Source: Patescibacteria group bacterium
Lineage (GTDB): Bacteria > Patescibacteriota > Patescibacteriia > UBA2591 > JAQWAS01
DNA: 64,000 bases
Direction of reading: 5' to 3'
Assembly: GCA_028707495.1 (NCBI GenBank)
Contig: JAQWAS010000005.1
Location: 1,065 to 65,064, forward strand
The translations under genes were made by a program, and so were the position numbers. Shown piece by piece: positions 1 to 9,071 of the stretch. The notes under the pieces were generated by a model. That model saw only the letters and a list, made by a program, of their open reading frames with translations. It ran no database searches and was not told the DNA's origin. The first letter of the stretch is position 1. Every line of letters begins with the position of its first letter.

Positions 1-981
1 GAAAAAGAACTCAAGCACTACAAGAAACAATTTCGAGGCAAGATTGTTTATTGTAATTGTGATGATCCATACGAGAGCAACTTTTTTAAATACTTCGCAT
101 CCAACTTTAATGCCCTTGGATTAAAAAAGATTATCGCCACGAGTTACAGTGGTTCACCGATTATTGGAGGCCAATTACCTCTATTTCAAATGGCTGGCTC
201 AAAGGGCAAACAACCGCTCAAAATTGAGATTAAAGAAGTGCCAGACATAGATAAAGATGGGGCAATAAACCTTGACGATGTTAAGTATTTGCTCAAACAT
301 GATAAAAACACCGCCACCCCATTAAAAAGTAGCGGCGATTTTCGAAGTGATGAGTGTATAAAACTACTAAAGCAAGCCGATATAGTCGTAACCAATCCGC
401 CGTTTTCTTTGTTCCGTGAATACTTGGCTCAACTGATGGAATACAATAAGAAATTTTTAATTCTCGGCGATCAAAATAACATAACTAAAAAAGACATTTT
501 TAAATTTATAAAGGAAAATAAAGTATGGCTTGGTTACGATAATGGTGGCACAAAGTGGTTCCAGGTGCCAGATGATTATGATATTGCAACCGAGTCAAGA
601 AAAAAAATTGTAAATGGAATCAAGTACTTCAGTATGGGGAGAATTTTGTGGTTTACTAATCTTGAAACTACCAAGCGGCACGAGAATATTGTGTTGTATA
701 AAAAATATGTACCTGAAGAATTTCCTAAGTATGACAACTACAATGCCATTAACATTGACAAGGTTTCCGACATTCCAAAGAATTATAATAGAGTAATGGG
801 TGTTCCGATAACATTTATTGATAAATATAATCCCGAACAGTTTGAACTATTGGGAATTATGAATACAGGCGAAAAAAATATAGGCATAAGATACAAAGGG
901 ACACCACACGGAAGACCGCTTGTGAACGGGGTTGAAAAGTATCTTCGTATTTTAATAAAAATAAAAAAACTAAAAAAATAA
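1..981 (+). CDS. EcoRI-family adenine DNA methyltransferase (5' truncated by window edge)
   Basis: Frame +1 is open from base 1 (EKELKHY...VYCNCDDP); motifs GDFRS and VTNPPFSLFREY. Confidence 0.9.
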   Translation, partial: EKELKHYKKQFRGKIVYCNCDDPYESNFFKYFASNFNALGLKKIIATSYSGSPIIGGQLPLFQMAGSKGKQPLKIEIKEVPDIDKDGAINLDDVKYLLKHDKNTATPLKSSGDFRSDECIKLLKQADIVVTNPPFSLFREYLAQLMEYNKKFLILGDQNNITKKDIFKFIKENKVWLGYDNGGTKWFQVPDDYDIATESRKKIVNGIKYFSMGRILWFTNLETTKRHENIVLYKKYVPEEFPKYDNYNAINIDKVSDIPKNYNRVMGVPITFIDKYNPEQFELLGIMNTGEKNIGIRYKGTPHGRPLVNGVEKYLRILIKIKKLKK

Positions 982-982
982 T

Positions 983-2089
983 ATGAAAATCGATCTACAT
1001 AAAATCACAATTCGTAAAGTTATAGCTGGCTATAAAGATAGCGCCGAAGAAGGCGTAACGGCGTACGATGACAAATTAAATATTCGTCCAAAATATCAAC
1101 GTGAGTTTGTATACAAGGAAAAACAACGCAATGCAGTAATAGAAACTATCAAAAATAGCTTTCCGCTAAATGTGATGTATTGGATGATTAGAGAAGATGG
1201 CGGTTACGAAGTATTGGACGGACAACAGCGCACAATCAGTATTGGGCAGTATGTTACTGGCGATTTTTCACTGAACGACCGCTTTTTTCATAATTTAACC
1301 AAAGAGGAGCAGGAGAAAATTTTAGATTATGAATTGATGATTTATTTTTGCGAAGGCACGGACAAAGAACGACTGGATTGGTTTAGGATTATCAATATTG
1401 CCGGTGAAAAACTGACTGATCAGGAGATCCGCAATGCGGTTTATACTGGCCCATGGCTCTCGGACGCCAAATTAAAATTCAGCAAATCAAATTGTGTGGC
1501 GTACTTATTGGCAAATGACGGTGGCTCGCTTGTTAGTGGCTCACCAATACGACAAGAATATTTAGAAACAGCACTTTCTTGGATAAATGATGGCAAAATC
1601 GAAGATTACATGGCTAAACACCAGCACGATAAAAGTGCCGATGAGCTATGGGATTATTTTCAAAATGTAATTGCGTGGGCACGAGAGGCTTTTACTAATT
1701 ATCGCCGAGAAATGAGCAATGTGCCTTGGGGCGTGCTATACAACCAATTCAATAGTAAAAAAATTGATTCAAAGAAACTGGAAAAGGAAATAGCAAAGTT
1801 GATGCAGGACGAAGATGTGACTAAAAAATCCGGCATTTATGAATATGTTTTAACTAGAAATGAAAAGTTTTTGAATATACGAGCTTTCACCGAAAAAATG
1901 AAGCGTGAAGCATATGAGAGACAAAAAGGAATTTGTCCGCATTGTAAAGGCAAGAATAAAAAAAAGAAATGGGAAATTGAAGAAATGGAAGCCGACCATA
2001 TAAAGCCTTGGCACGAAGGCGGAAAAACAACTGCAGTAAATTGCCAAATGTTATGCAAACAAGACAATAGAACTAAATCAGGAAAATAA
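983..2089 (+). CDS. DUF262 (GmrSD-like) + C-terminal HNH endonuclease
   Basis: PKYQREFVY and VLDGQQR DUF262 motifs; CPHC...EADHIKPWHEGG...NCQMLC..DN HNH motif. Confidence 0.85.
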   Translation: MKIDLHKITIRKVIAGYKDSAEEGVTAYDDKLNIRPKYQREFVYKEKQRNAVIETIKNSFPLNVMYWMIREDGGYEVLDGQQRTISIGQYVTGDFSLNDRFFHNLTKEEQEKILDYELMIYFCEGTDKERLDWFRIINIAGEKLTDQEIRNAVYTGPWLSDAKLKFSKSNCVAYLLANDGGSLVSGSPIRQEYLETALSWINDGKIEDYMAKHQHDKSADELWDYFQNVIAWAREAFTNYRREMSNVPWGVLYNQFNSKKIDSKKLEKEIAKLMQDEDVTKKSGIYEYVLTRNEKFLNIRAFTEKMKREAYERQKGICPHCKGKNKKKKWEIEEMEADHIKPWHEGGKTTAVNCQMLCKQDNRTKSGK

Positions 2090-2162
2090 AGACAATATAT
2101 TACACCGAATGGAAGAATAAGGTATTTTATCATCCTACTTAAAAAAATTATTATTAAAAACA

Positions 2163-4766
2163 ATGTCAATAATAGCAGACATAATAGATTGGTCTGGTGG
2201 TAAACCAATATTTCTCCAGGAGGCCATTGGACGAATTATCCAAAAAAACGTCTTATCAGATGATGATATTTTAGAATTAACATTAATTTGCAAATCGGAG
2301 CAAGGACTAACAAAATATCAAGGAAATTTAATAGATCTAAAAAAAGTAAAAGAATCTTTAAAAGAGTCCGATGTATCTAACGCTGTTTCTGTGATAAAAA
2401 TTTTTTCGACGGAAAATATAAATGCTTTACAAAACAATTCTGAAATAGATATTGAAGAAAAAGGATTAACGGTTATATATGGTGACAATGGATCGGGAAA
2501 ATCTAGTTATGTCAGTATATTGAAACAAGTTTGCAACACGAGAGGAAGTATTCCCACAATTAATAAAAACCTTTTTATTGGATCTGCCGCGCAACAAAAT
2601 CAAAAAGCCAAAATACAGTACAAAACAGGAGAAAATGTGGCTTCGGTTACTTGGGAAAACAACAATTCAGACAGTAACATATTGAAGGCAGTGCACATAT
2701 ACGACACAAAAAGTGCAAGTTCTTATATTGAAGATGAAGATGAAATCGCTTTTATCCCTTCGGGTTTATTAATCGTAGAACAACTCGCCAATGTATGTAA
2801 TAGGATTGAAGAAAATCTCAGAAAAGAAATAGGACAAATAGAATCAAGAAAACTTGATTATTCATTTTTAATTAATGAAGAAGGTAATGGAATTCAAACT
2901 TTTTTAAAAAACCTTAGTGCAAGAAGTGATCTAAAAACATTAGACAATATCTCAAATTTTACGACTGACGATGAAAAGTTGCTAAAAGCAACAGAACAAG
3001 AAATCGCAAAATTAAAAACACTAGATCCTGCTCAAAAAATATCTGAAAATAATAAAATTATATCTCGTTTTAACTCTCTAAAAGCAAGGTACGAGCAGAT
3101 ACTATCTAAATTATCTATTGAAAAAATTGAAGAAATAAAAAAAGACGTTCTAAAGAGCACTGAACTTCAAAGCGCAAGCAAAGCTCTCACCGAACAAACC
3201 TTTTCGGATTTACCACTGAAAAGTATTGGGTCTCAACCATGGAAAGTATTATGGGAAAGCGCAAAGAGATTTTATCAATATTCTGAATCAAAAAATTTTC
3301 CTGACCACGACGAAAGCTCAGTGTGCCCTCTTTGTTTACAAAATTTAAGTGATGAGGCAAAAGAAAGATTTAAAAATCTCGAGGCATTCGTACAGTCAGA
3401 TATACAAAATCAAATAAACGCCATTGGGATTAAATTGCGTCAGTCAAGTCAAGAAATTTCGAGTATTAATTTGAATTTTTCGGAAATTGAAACCACCCTT
3501 AATGAACTCGATGAAATATCTAGTAATTTTAAGCAACGGCACGCAAATCAAATAGATACAATTAATAAGTACGTAATTTCTGTAATGAACTTACTTGCAG
3601 GACGAGAAAGCCCTGGGTCATTTAATGCGCAAGAGCTATCTATAGATCTGATTGAAGTAATAAAGAAAATTGTAGAAAAAATTGAGGAAGAAAATAAGAC
3701 GCTGTTACAAAAATCATATCAAAAAGACCTTGAAGCACAAGCAAAGACTCTTTCATTGCTAAAATCTAAAAAAGATTTATCTGAAAATAAAGAAAAAATA
3801 AAAGACGAGATAAAAAGACAACGTTTTGTAGATGGTCTATTTTTATGTATACGAACTTGCAACACGAGACATATTTCAATTTTAAGCAACACATTATCAG
3901 AACAGTACATCACAGAAACGCTCAAAAATAACTTTACAGATGAACTAAAAAGACTTGGTTTTACTGGAGTAGAAATAGTTACATCAACTCGAAGTAGAAG
4001 CGGAAAACAATATCATTTTCTTGAATTAGATTCATCATATGGAAGTAACGCGAACTTGAAGGAAATACTAAGCGAGGGAGAACACAGATGTATTTCTTTG
4101 GCTACGTTTTTGTCGGAACTTTCCATTTCAGGACATAAATCTTCAATTATATTTGATGATCCGGTCTCTTCTCTAGATCATAAATGGCGAAAAAAAATTG
4201 CTAAAAGAATTGTAGAAGAATCACAGGAAAGACAGGTTATTGTTTTTACACATGACATTACTTTTTTAATGAACCTTCAAGAGTTTGATGACGAAATAAA
4301 AATCCAAAGCTTGACTAGAAAAAAATTTGAAACTGGCATATCCTCAAAAAATCCACCATGGGATGCATTATCTACAAAAAATAGAATCAAAATATTAAAG
4401 GAATACTTACAGCAATTAGAAGAGGCCAAAAATACTGAAACAGAAGAAATTTATAAAGAAAAATCTAAAGTATTTTATGGACAACTTCGTGAAGCATGGG
4501 AAAGATGTATTGAGGAGGTTGTTTTGAATGAATCTGTACAAAGATTTGGTCGTTCTATACAAACTAAACGACTAGAAAAAGTTGTTGATTTAACGGAGGA
4601 AGACTATAAAATTATTGAAGATAATATGGAAGAATGTTCAACTTATCTTACGGGCCATGATAGTGCAGGAGAATTAATTGAAGAGGCGCCCACAATTGAA
4701 GAAACAAAAAATGACTTAGCCGCTTTAGAAATTTTTACAAAAACCATACACAAGAGAAGACAATAA
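2163..4766 (+). CDS. Rad50/SMC-like ABC ATPase with zinc hook and possible C-terminal HEPN-like domain (RloC-like)
   Basis: Walker A GDNGSGKS, coiled coil with CPLC, signature LSEGE, Walker B IIFDDP, H-loop FTHD; C-terminal LREAWE...GHD. Confidence 0.7.
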   Translation: MSIIADIIDWSGGKPIFLQEAIGRIIQKNVLSDDDILELTLICKSEQGLTKYQGNLIDLKKVKESLKESDVSNAVSVIKIFSTENINALQNNSEIDIEEKGLTVIYGDNGSGKSSYVSILKQVCNTRGSIPTINKNLFIGSAAQQNQKAKIQYKTGENVASVTWENNNSDSNILKAVHIYDTKSASSYIEDEDEIAFIPSGLLIVEQLANVCNRIEENLRKEIGQIESRKLDYSFLINEEGNGIQTFLKNLSARSDLKTLDNISNFTTDDEKLLKATEQEIAKLKTLDPAQKISENNKIISRFNSLKARYEQILSKLSIEKIEEIKKDVLKSTELQSASKALTEQTFSDLPLKSIGSQPWKVLWESAKRFYQYSESKNFPDHDESSVCPLCLQNLSDEAKERFKNLEAFVQSDIQNQINAIGIKLRQSSQEISSINLNFSEIETTLNELDEISSNFKQRHANQIDTINKYVISVMNLLAGRESPGSFNAQELSIDLIEVIKKIVEKIEEENKTLLQKSYQKDLEAQAKTLSLLKSKKDLSENKEKIKDEIKRQRFVDGLFLCIRTCNTRHISILSNTLSEQYITETLKNNFTDELKRLGFTGVEIVTSTRSRSGKQYHFLELDSSYGSNANLKEILSEGEHRCISLATFLSELSISGHKSSIIFDDPVSSLDHKWRKKIAKRIVEESQERQVIVFTHDITFLMNLQEFDDEIKIQSLTRKKFETGISSKNPPWDALSTKNRIKILKEYLQQLEEAKNTETEEIYKEKSKVFYGQLREAWERCIEEVVLNESVQRFGRSIQTKRLEKVVDLTEEDYKIIEDNMEECSTYLTGHDSAGELIEEAPTIEETKNDLAALEIFTKTIHKRRQ

Positions 4767-4893
4767 GGAGTTTTGGGCTACGGGCATTCACCCCTTTAAT
4801 TCCCCTCTGCCCTTCGCCCAAAACGGAAAAAGAAATTTTAAAATTTTTTAAAACAATTCCGACTGCTGTCGGATAAAAGAAAAGGAATACATC

Positions 4894-4996
4894 AGCTAAC
4901 ACGGCATATCTGGTTACGGTTCGCCTCCGGCGAGCCTCCACCCATATTTTACTTCGCTTCGCTCTGTAAAACATCAGATATGCCGAAACGTTATAC
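4894..4996 (+). mobile_element. attC-like recombination site 1
   Basis: AGCTAAC-A-CGGCATATCTG ... CAGATATGCCG-AAAC-GTTATAC, intergenic. Confidence 0.8.
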
Positions 4997-5059
4997 GAAA
5001 TTCACTCCGCCCCACCTCAAAGACAAACTTTTATAAAATAGCTTAAATCTATCTAAAAT

Positions 5060-5731
5060 ATGGATCAAAAATTTCAAAAAATCAAAGAAGCTGTAGAAAA
5101 GGAACTTTCCTGTTCTGCTCACAATATGGATCATGTAATGAGAGTTTATAATCTTTCTTTGCATCTTGCTGAAAATAAAGATATTGATTTAGATGTTCTC
5201 AAAGCATCTGCTTTATTACATGATATCGCAAGAGTCAAAGAAGATAATGATCATACTGGAAAAACCGATCATGCAATCTTAAGCTCTGAAATGGCAGTGC
5301 CAATTTTAAAAGAACTTGATTTTTCAGAAGAACAAATTAAGCACATTCAAGATTGCATAATCTCACACAGATACAGAACAGGAAATGAAGCTAAAACCAA
5401 AGAAGCTCAAATTCTATTTGACGCAGATAAATTAGACACTCTTGGTGCAATCGGAATTGCAAGAAGTTTTGTCTGGGTTGGAAGAAATAACGCCAAAATT
5501 TATACAGATACCAATATTGAAAAATATATAGATGAAAATTTAGGCGGAAAAATAAACGGAAGAATCCAAGACAAAACTAAACATAGTCCGCAAATAGAAT
5601 TTGAAACGAAATTGAAATTTTTGATCACTAAGTTGCATACTGATAAAGCTAAAGAAGTATGCAAAGAAAGAATTGAATTTTATAAAAGTTTTTTAGATAG
5701 ATTAAAAAGCGAAATTAATGGTGAACTATAA
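5060..5731 (+). CDS. HD-domain phosphohydrolase (cassette A)
   Basis: AHNMDH, LLHDI, DHA, SHR and DADKLD motifs. Confidence 0.9.
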   Translation: MDQKFQKIKEAVEKELSCSAHNMDHVMRVYNLSLHLAENKDIDLDVLKASALLHDIARVKEDNDHTGKTDHAILSSEMAVPILKELDFSEEQIKHIQDCIISHRYRTGNEAKTKEAQILFDADKLDTLGAIGIARSFVWVGRNNAKIYTDTNIEKYIDENLGGKINGRIQDKTKHSPQIEFETKLKFLITKLHTDKAKEVCKERIEFYKSFLDRLKSEINGEL

Positions 5732-5797
5732 AACGGTGGGGCTCCGTGAACTCAAGGGGACGCTGCGCTTTCACTCCACTTCGTTTCGTTCACCCTC

Positions 5798-5897
5798 GTA
5801 TAACAAGGGATAAAAGGAAAATTGCTCGGCTCGCAATTTTCCCAAATTTTTCTTTCACTCCGTTCCAGAAAAACTTCTTTTATCCCCGATGTTATAC
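5798..5897 (+). mobile_element. attC-like site 2
   Basis: GTATAAC-AA-GGGATAAAAG ... CTTTTATCCC-CGAT-GTTATAC; GTATAAC complements upstream GTTATAC at 4990. Confidence 0.8.
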
Positions 5898-5966
5898 GAA
5901 ATAATTAAATTCTTTTGGCTATCGCCAAAAATTATTGGGGCAAATTTTTATTTTATTTTTTAGAAC

Positions 5967-7019
5967 ATGAACAAAAACCAAATCATAACATTATCAGGAT
6001 ATAGTATCATCCATGGGATTATAGACCTATGCTGTGCAGTGGTTGTTTTTAGTACATTACTATATCATGGTTATGATGCAAAAGATGTCTTTATTTTTGT
6101 CGTGGCTTACAATGTAATAGCTTTTGGACTACAAGCACCTTTTGGATTTTTAGTGGATAGATATCAAGTCCCCAAAGAAAGCGCTTTAATTGGTTGTATT
6201 TTAGTTTTATCTTCTTTTTTTATATTTAGTATACCTGCTTTGGTTATAATATTATCAGGATTAGGAAATGCTTTTTTTCATGTTGGCGGAGGAAGTATCA
6301 GTTTAAATTTTAATCCAACCAAAGCAACTGCACCGGGGATTTTTGTTGCGCCGGGCGCGCTAGGGCTAACAATCGGAATCATGGTTGGTAAAAGCGGATC
6401 ATTTATTTCTTGGCCTTTTGTTTTATTGCTTATTGCTTCATGTCTATTTATTATCTCTAGAAAAATCCCAGAAATTAACTATCAAAAAATATCGGCCAAA
6501 CCAAAAATTAAGTACTTTGAATTAATTATCATATTGCTTTTACTTTCTGTCGCAATAAGGGCTCTTTATGGCTTAGCCGCCGCTTGGAAAACTGACTTTA
6601 ACTTATTATTGATTTTGACCTTTGCAATAGTCGCTGGCAAGGCATTAGGTGGAATTTTTGCTGATAAGTTTGGATGGATAAAAACCGCAATTTTTGCGTT
6701 GGTAGTTTCAGCTCCCTTGCTTGCTTTTTTCCAAAGTTCACCAATACTAGCTATAACTGGTGCATTTTTATTTCAAATGACCATGCCAATAACATTAACT
6801 GCTCTATCGAACATGCTTCCAGGCAGATCAGCCACTGCTTTTGGTTTAACGGTTTTAGCTTTGATTATAGGCGTTATTCCTACTTACATTGGAGCCAAGC
6901 CATTTTTAAACAATCAATGGATAACTCTTGCAATTGTAGCCATATCTGCAAGTTCGCTACTAATTAGTTTCAAATTTTTGTATAATTATTTCAAAGGTCA
7001 ACTTAAAATTAATTTATAA
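5967..7019 (+). CDS. MFS-like multi-pass membrane protein (cassette B)
   Basis: Many hydrophobic segments; GFLVDRY and GIFADKFG resemble MFS motif A. Confidence 0.7.
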   Translation: MNKNQIITLSGYSIIHGIIDLCCAVVVFSTLLYHGYDAKDVFIFVVAYNVIAFGLQAPFGFLVDRYQVPKESALIGCILVLSSFFIFSIPALVIILSGLGNAFFHVGGGSISLNFNPTKATAPGIFVAPGALGLTIGIMVGKSGSFISWPFVLLLIASCLFIISRKIPEINYQKISAKPKIKYFELIIILLLLSVAIRALYGLAAAWKTDFNLLLILTFAIVAGKALGGIFADKFGWIKTAIFALVVSAPLLAFFQSSPILAITGAFLFQMTMPITLTALSNMLPGRSATAFGLTVLALIIGVIPTYIGAKPFLNNQWITLAIVAISASSLLISFKFLYNYFKGQLKINL

Positions 7020-7036
7020 TTTAATCAAAATAGCTT

Positions 7037-7291
7037 ATGAAAAAAATCAAAACAGTCTTAATAACCCTTTCCTTCTTCGCAGTTTCATCGCTAATGTTTG
7101 CACAAAATGCGCTAGCGGATTTACTGCCTCCTCCTGATGGCGGATGGGACACTCCAAGCAGACCAAACATCAATCCAGAACCAAAAACTTTTATTGATTT
7201 AATTGAACCACAACATATTGTTATTGGCGGAGCAGTTTTGGCTGTAGTAATAATATCTTTTGTAGTGCTCTTTAAAATGAGAAAAAAATGA
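7037..7291 (+). CDS. Small exported, membrane-anchored protein (cassette B)
   Basis: Signal peptide ending ALA-D, Pro-rich linker, C-terminal TM followed by KMRKK. Confidence 0.7.
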   Translation: MKKIKTVLITLSFFAVSSLMFAQNALADLLPPPDGGWDTPSRPNINPEPKTFIDLIEPQHIVIGGAVLAVVIISFVVLFKMRKK

Positions 7292-7635
7292 GATTAGAAT
7301 ACTATTTTCTAGCTCTAATTTTAACTCTAATAATTGAGCTATCCATAGCTTATGTTTTTGGATTTAGGAGTAAAAAAAACATTGTTACGATTATTTTTGC
7401 TAATTTCATAACACACCCCTTGCTTTGTTATTTTTTATGGATGAATTCAGTTATCTTTGTTATTCCAATTAATTACATTTCAATTATTGTTTTAGAGGTA
7501 TTGGTTGCATTATTAGAATCAGCTCTATTATTTTTAGCACTAAAACAAAAATACTTAGATATGTTAAAATTATCATTTGGTATAAACATAGTATCTTTTC
7601 TTGTTGGTTTATTAATATTCAAAAATAATTTTTAA
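7288..7635 (+). CDS. Small multi-TM membrane protein (cassette B)
   Basis: Hydrophobic ORF; ATGA overlap with the upstream gene. Confidence 0.7.
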   Translation: MRLEYYFLALILTLIIELSIAYVFGFRSKKNIVTIIFANFITHPLLCYFLWMNSVIFVIPINYISIIVLEVLVALLESALLFLALKQKYLDMLKLSFGINIVSFLVGLLIFKNNF

Positions 7636-7704
7636 ATAAGGAAAAATAAAATAAAAATTTGCCCCAATAATAACTCGCTATCGCTCGTTGAATTTAATTA
7701 CATC

Positions 7705-7791
7705 ATATAACAGCGTGTATGAGGCTACGGCTTTTTACAAAAGCCTTCGCCCAAATTGCTTCGCAACTTCTCATACGCGCGAACGTTATAC
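7705..7791 (+). mobile_element. attC-like site 3
   Basis: ATATAAC-A-GCGTGTATGAG ... CTCATACGCGC-GAAC-GTTATAC. Confidence 0.8.
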
Positions 7792-7846
7792 GTCGTAATA
7801 AAAATCCTCCTTATATTTTTTAATAATTTTGGTAACTTATAAAATT

Positions 7847-8086
7847 ATGAAAACACTAGAACAAAGAGAACCGCAATCAACACCAAATCAAGAATTAGAC
7901 AATCTTAAAAAAGAATTGGAAGAAAAAGGATATGTCGTGACAGAAACATCCCAACGTGGACAAAAGACTGATGTTACTATAAAAAATGATCTTGGTCAGG
8001 AAGGTAGTGGTGAAGGATATACATACGAAACAGCGCTTAAAAAAGCAATAACAGCTTTAGATTACATTATAAAAAATAAACTATAA
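7847..8086 (+). CDS. Small protein, possible dsRBD-like fold (cassette C)
   Basis: ATG at 7847; pattern P..EL...Y.V...V.I....GSGEG.T...A...A..AL. Confidence 0.55.
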   Translation: MKTLEQREPQSTPNQELDNLKKELEEKGYVVTETSQRGQKTDVTIKNDLGQEGSGEGYTYETALKKAITALDYIIKNKL

Positions 8087-8113
8087 AAAAAGGAATCGAC
8101 TTTTTATTACGAC

Positions 8114-8186
8114 GTATAACACCGCATATCCAACATACTTTTTCACTCCATTCAAAAGTACGTCGGATCATGCAGAAACGTTGTGC
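8114..8186 (+). mobile_element. attC-like site 4
   Basis: GTATAAC-ACC-GCATATCC ... GGATCATGC-AGAAAC-GTTGTGC. Confidence 0.8.
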
Positions 8187-8310
8187 GACATACATTTTTT
8201 ATCTCTTCTACAATTGAAAGTCAGAATTGAAATCAGGAAACAAAACAAGATTTTTGATTTTTAAGGAGGGGAATAAGGAACTTTTTTATCTAAATTAATG
8301 AAAAAAATTA

Positions 8311-8964
8311 ATGAAAAAAAATTTAGGAGTTATAAAAAACGGTTTATTCACAGGGTTTGTAATTCAATTGGCAATTGGACCAATCTTCTTTTTTGTGATT
8401 AATCTTACTCTTCAGAAAACCATTCTTGATGGGCTAATGGGAGTTTTTGCGGCGACAATTGTTGGATACATTTACATTGCTCTTTCTGCTTTTGGTATCG
8501 GAAAATTGCTCGAAAATAAAAAAACAAGTAAAATATTTGCAGCAATTAGTTCAATTGTTCTAATAATTTTTGGAGGAATAATTATAAAAGGAGCTTTAAG
8601 TAGCGGAGTTTCTGATAGTGTGATCAATACATCAAGTCTTTTTTCTAGCTTTACATCCGTTTTTTTACTTGCGATTTCTAATCCATTGAGCATTGTCTTT
8701 TTTACAAGTCTGTTTTCAACAAAAGCAATTGAATATAATTATACGAAAAAAGAACTGTATTTTTTTGGTCTAGGGACTGGATTATCAACTTTGATATTTA
8801 TGGGTGGTGCTGTTTTGATTTTTTCTTTACTCAAAGGCACAATACCAACAATTGTTATGCAAATACTGAACATAATTGTAGGAATTCTAATAATCGGATA
8901 TGGTACAATGAGATTGGTAAAACTTTTGAAAGAAAATAGGTTGGCTCGCAAAATTCACCCCTAA
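8311..8964 (+). CDS. LysE/RhtB-family transporter (cassette D)
   Basis: GF...LAIGP N-terminal motif, LAISNP motif, about 6 TM segments. Confidence 0.85.
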   Translation: MKKNLGVIKNGLFTGFVIQLAIGPIFFFVINLTLQKTILDGLMGVFAATIVGYIYIALSAFGIGKLLENKKTSKIFAAISSIVLIIFGGIIIKGALSSGVSDSVINTSSLFSSFTSVFLLAISNPLSIVFFTSLFSTKAIEYNYTKKELYFFGLGTGLSTLIFMGGAVLIFSLLKGTIPTIVMQILNIIVGILIIGYGTMRLVKLLKENRLARKIHP

Positions 8965-9071
8965 CCCCTCTTTTGCTCGCCAAATGGAAAAAATCTTGTT
9001 TTGTTTGGCTTGAAAAATAAGGTCTAGATTGTAATTCACGAGATAAAAAATGTACTAAACCCTACGGGGTC

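Noticed and set aside
4735-4974. ORFs 4735-4974 and 9055-9282
   Set aside because: They overlap attC hairpins or real genes and have no protein-like features; the other short overlapping ORFs were dropped for the same reason
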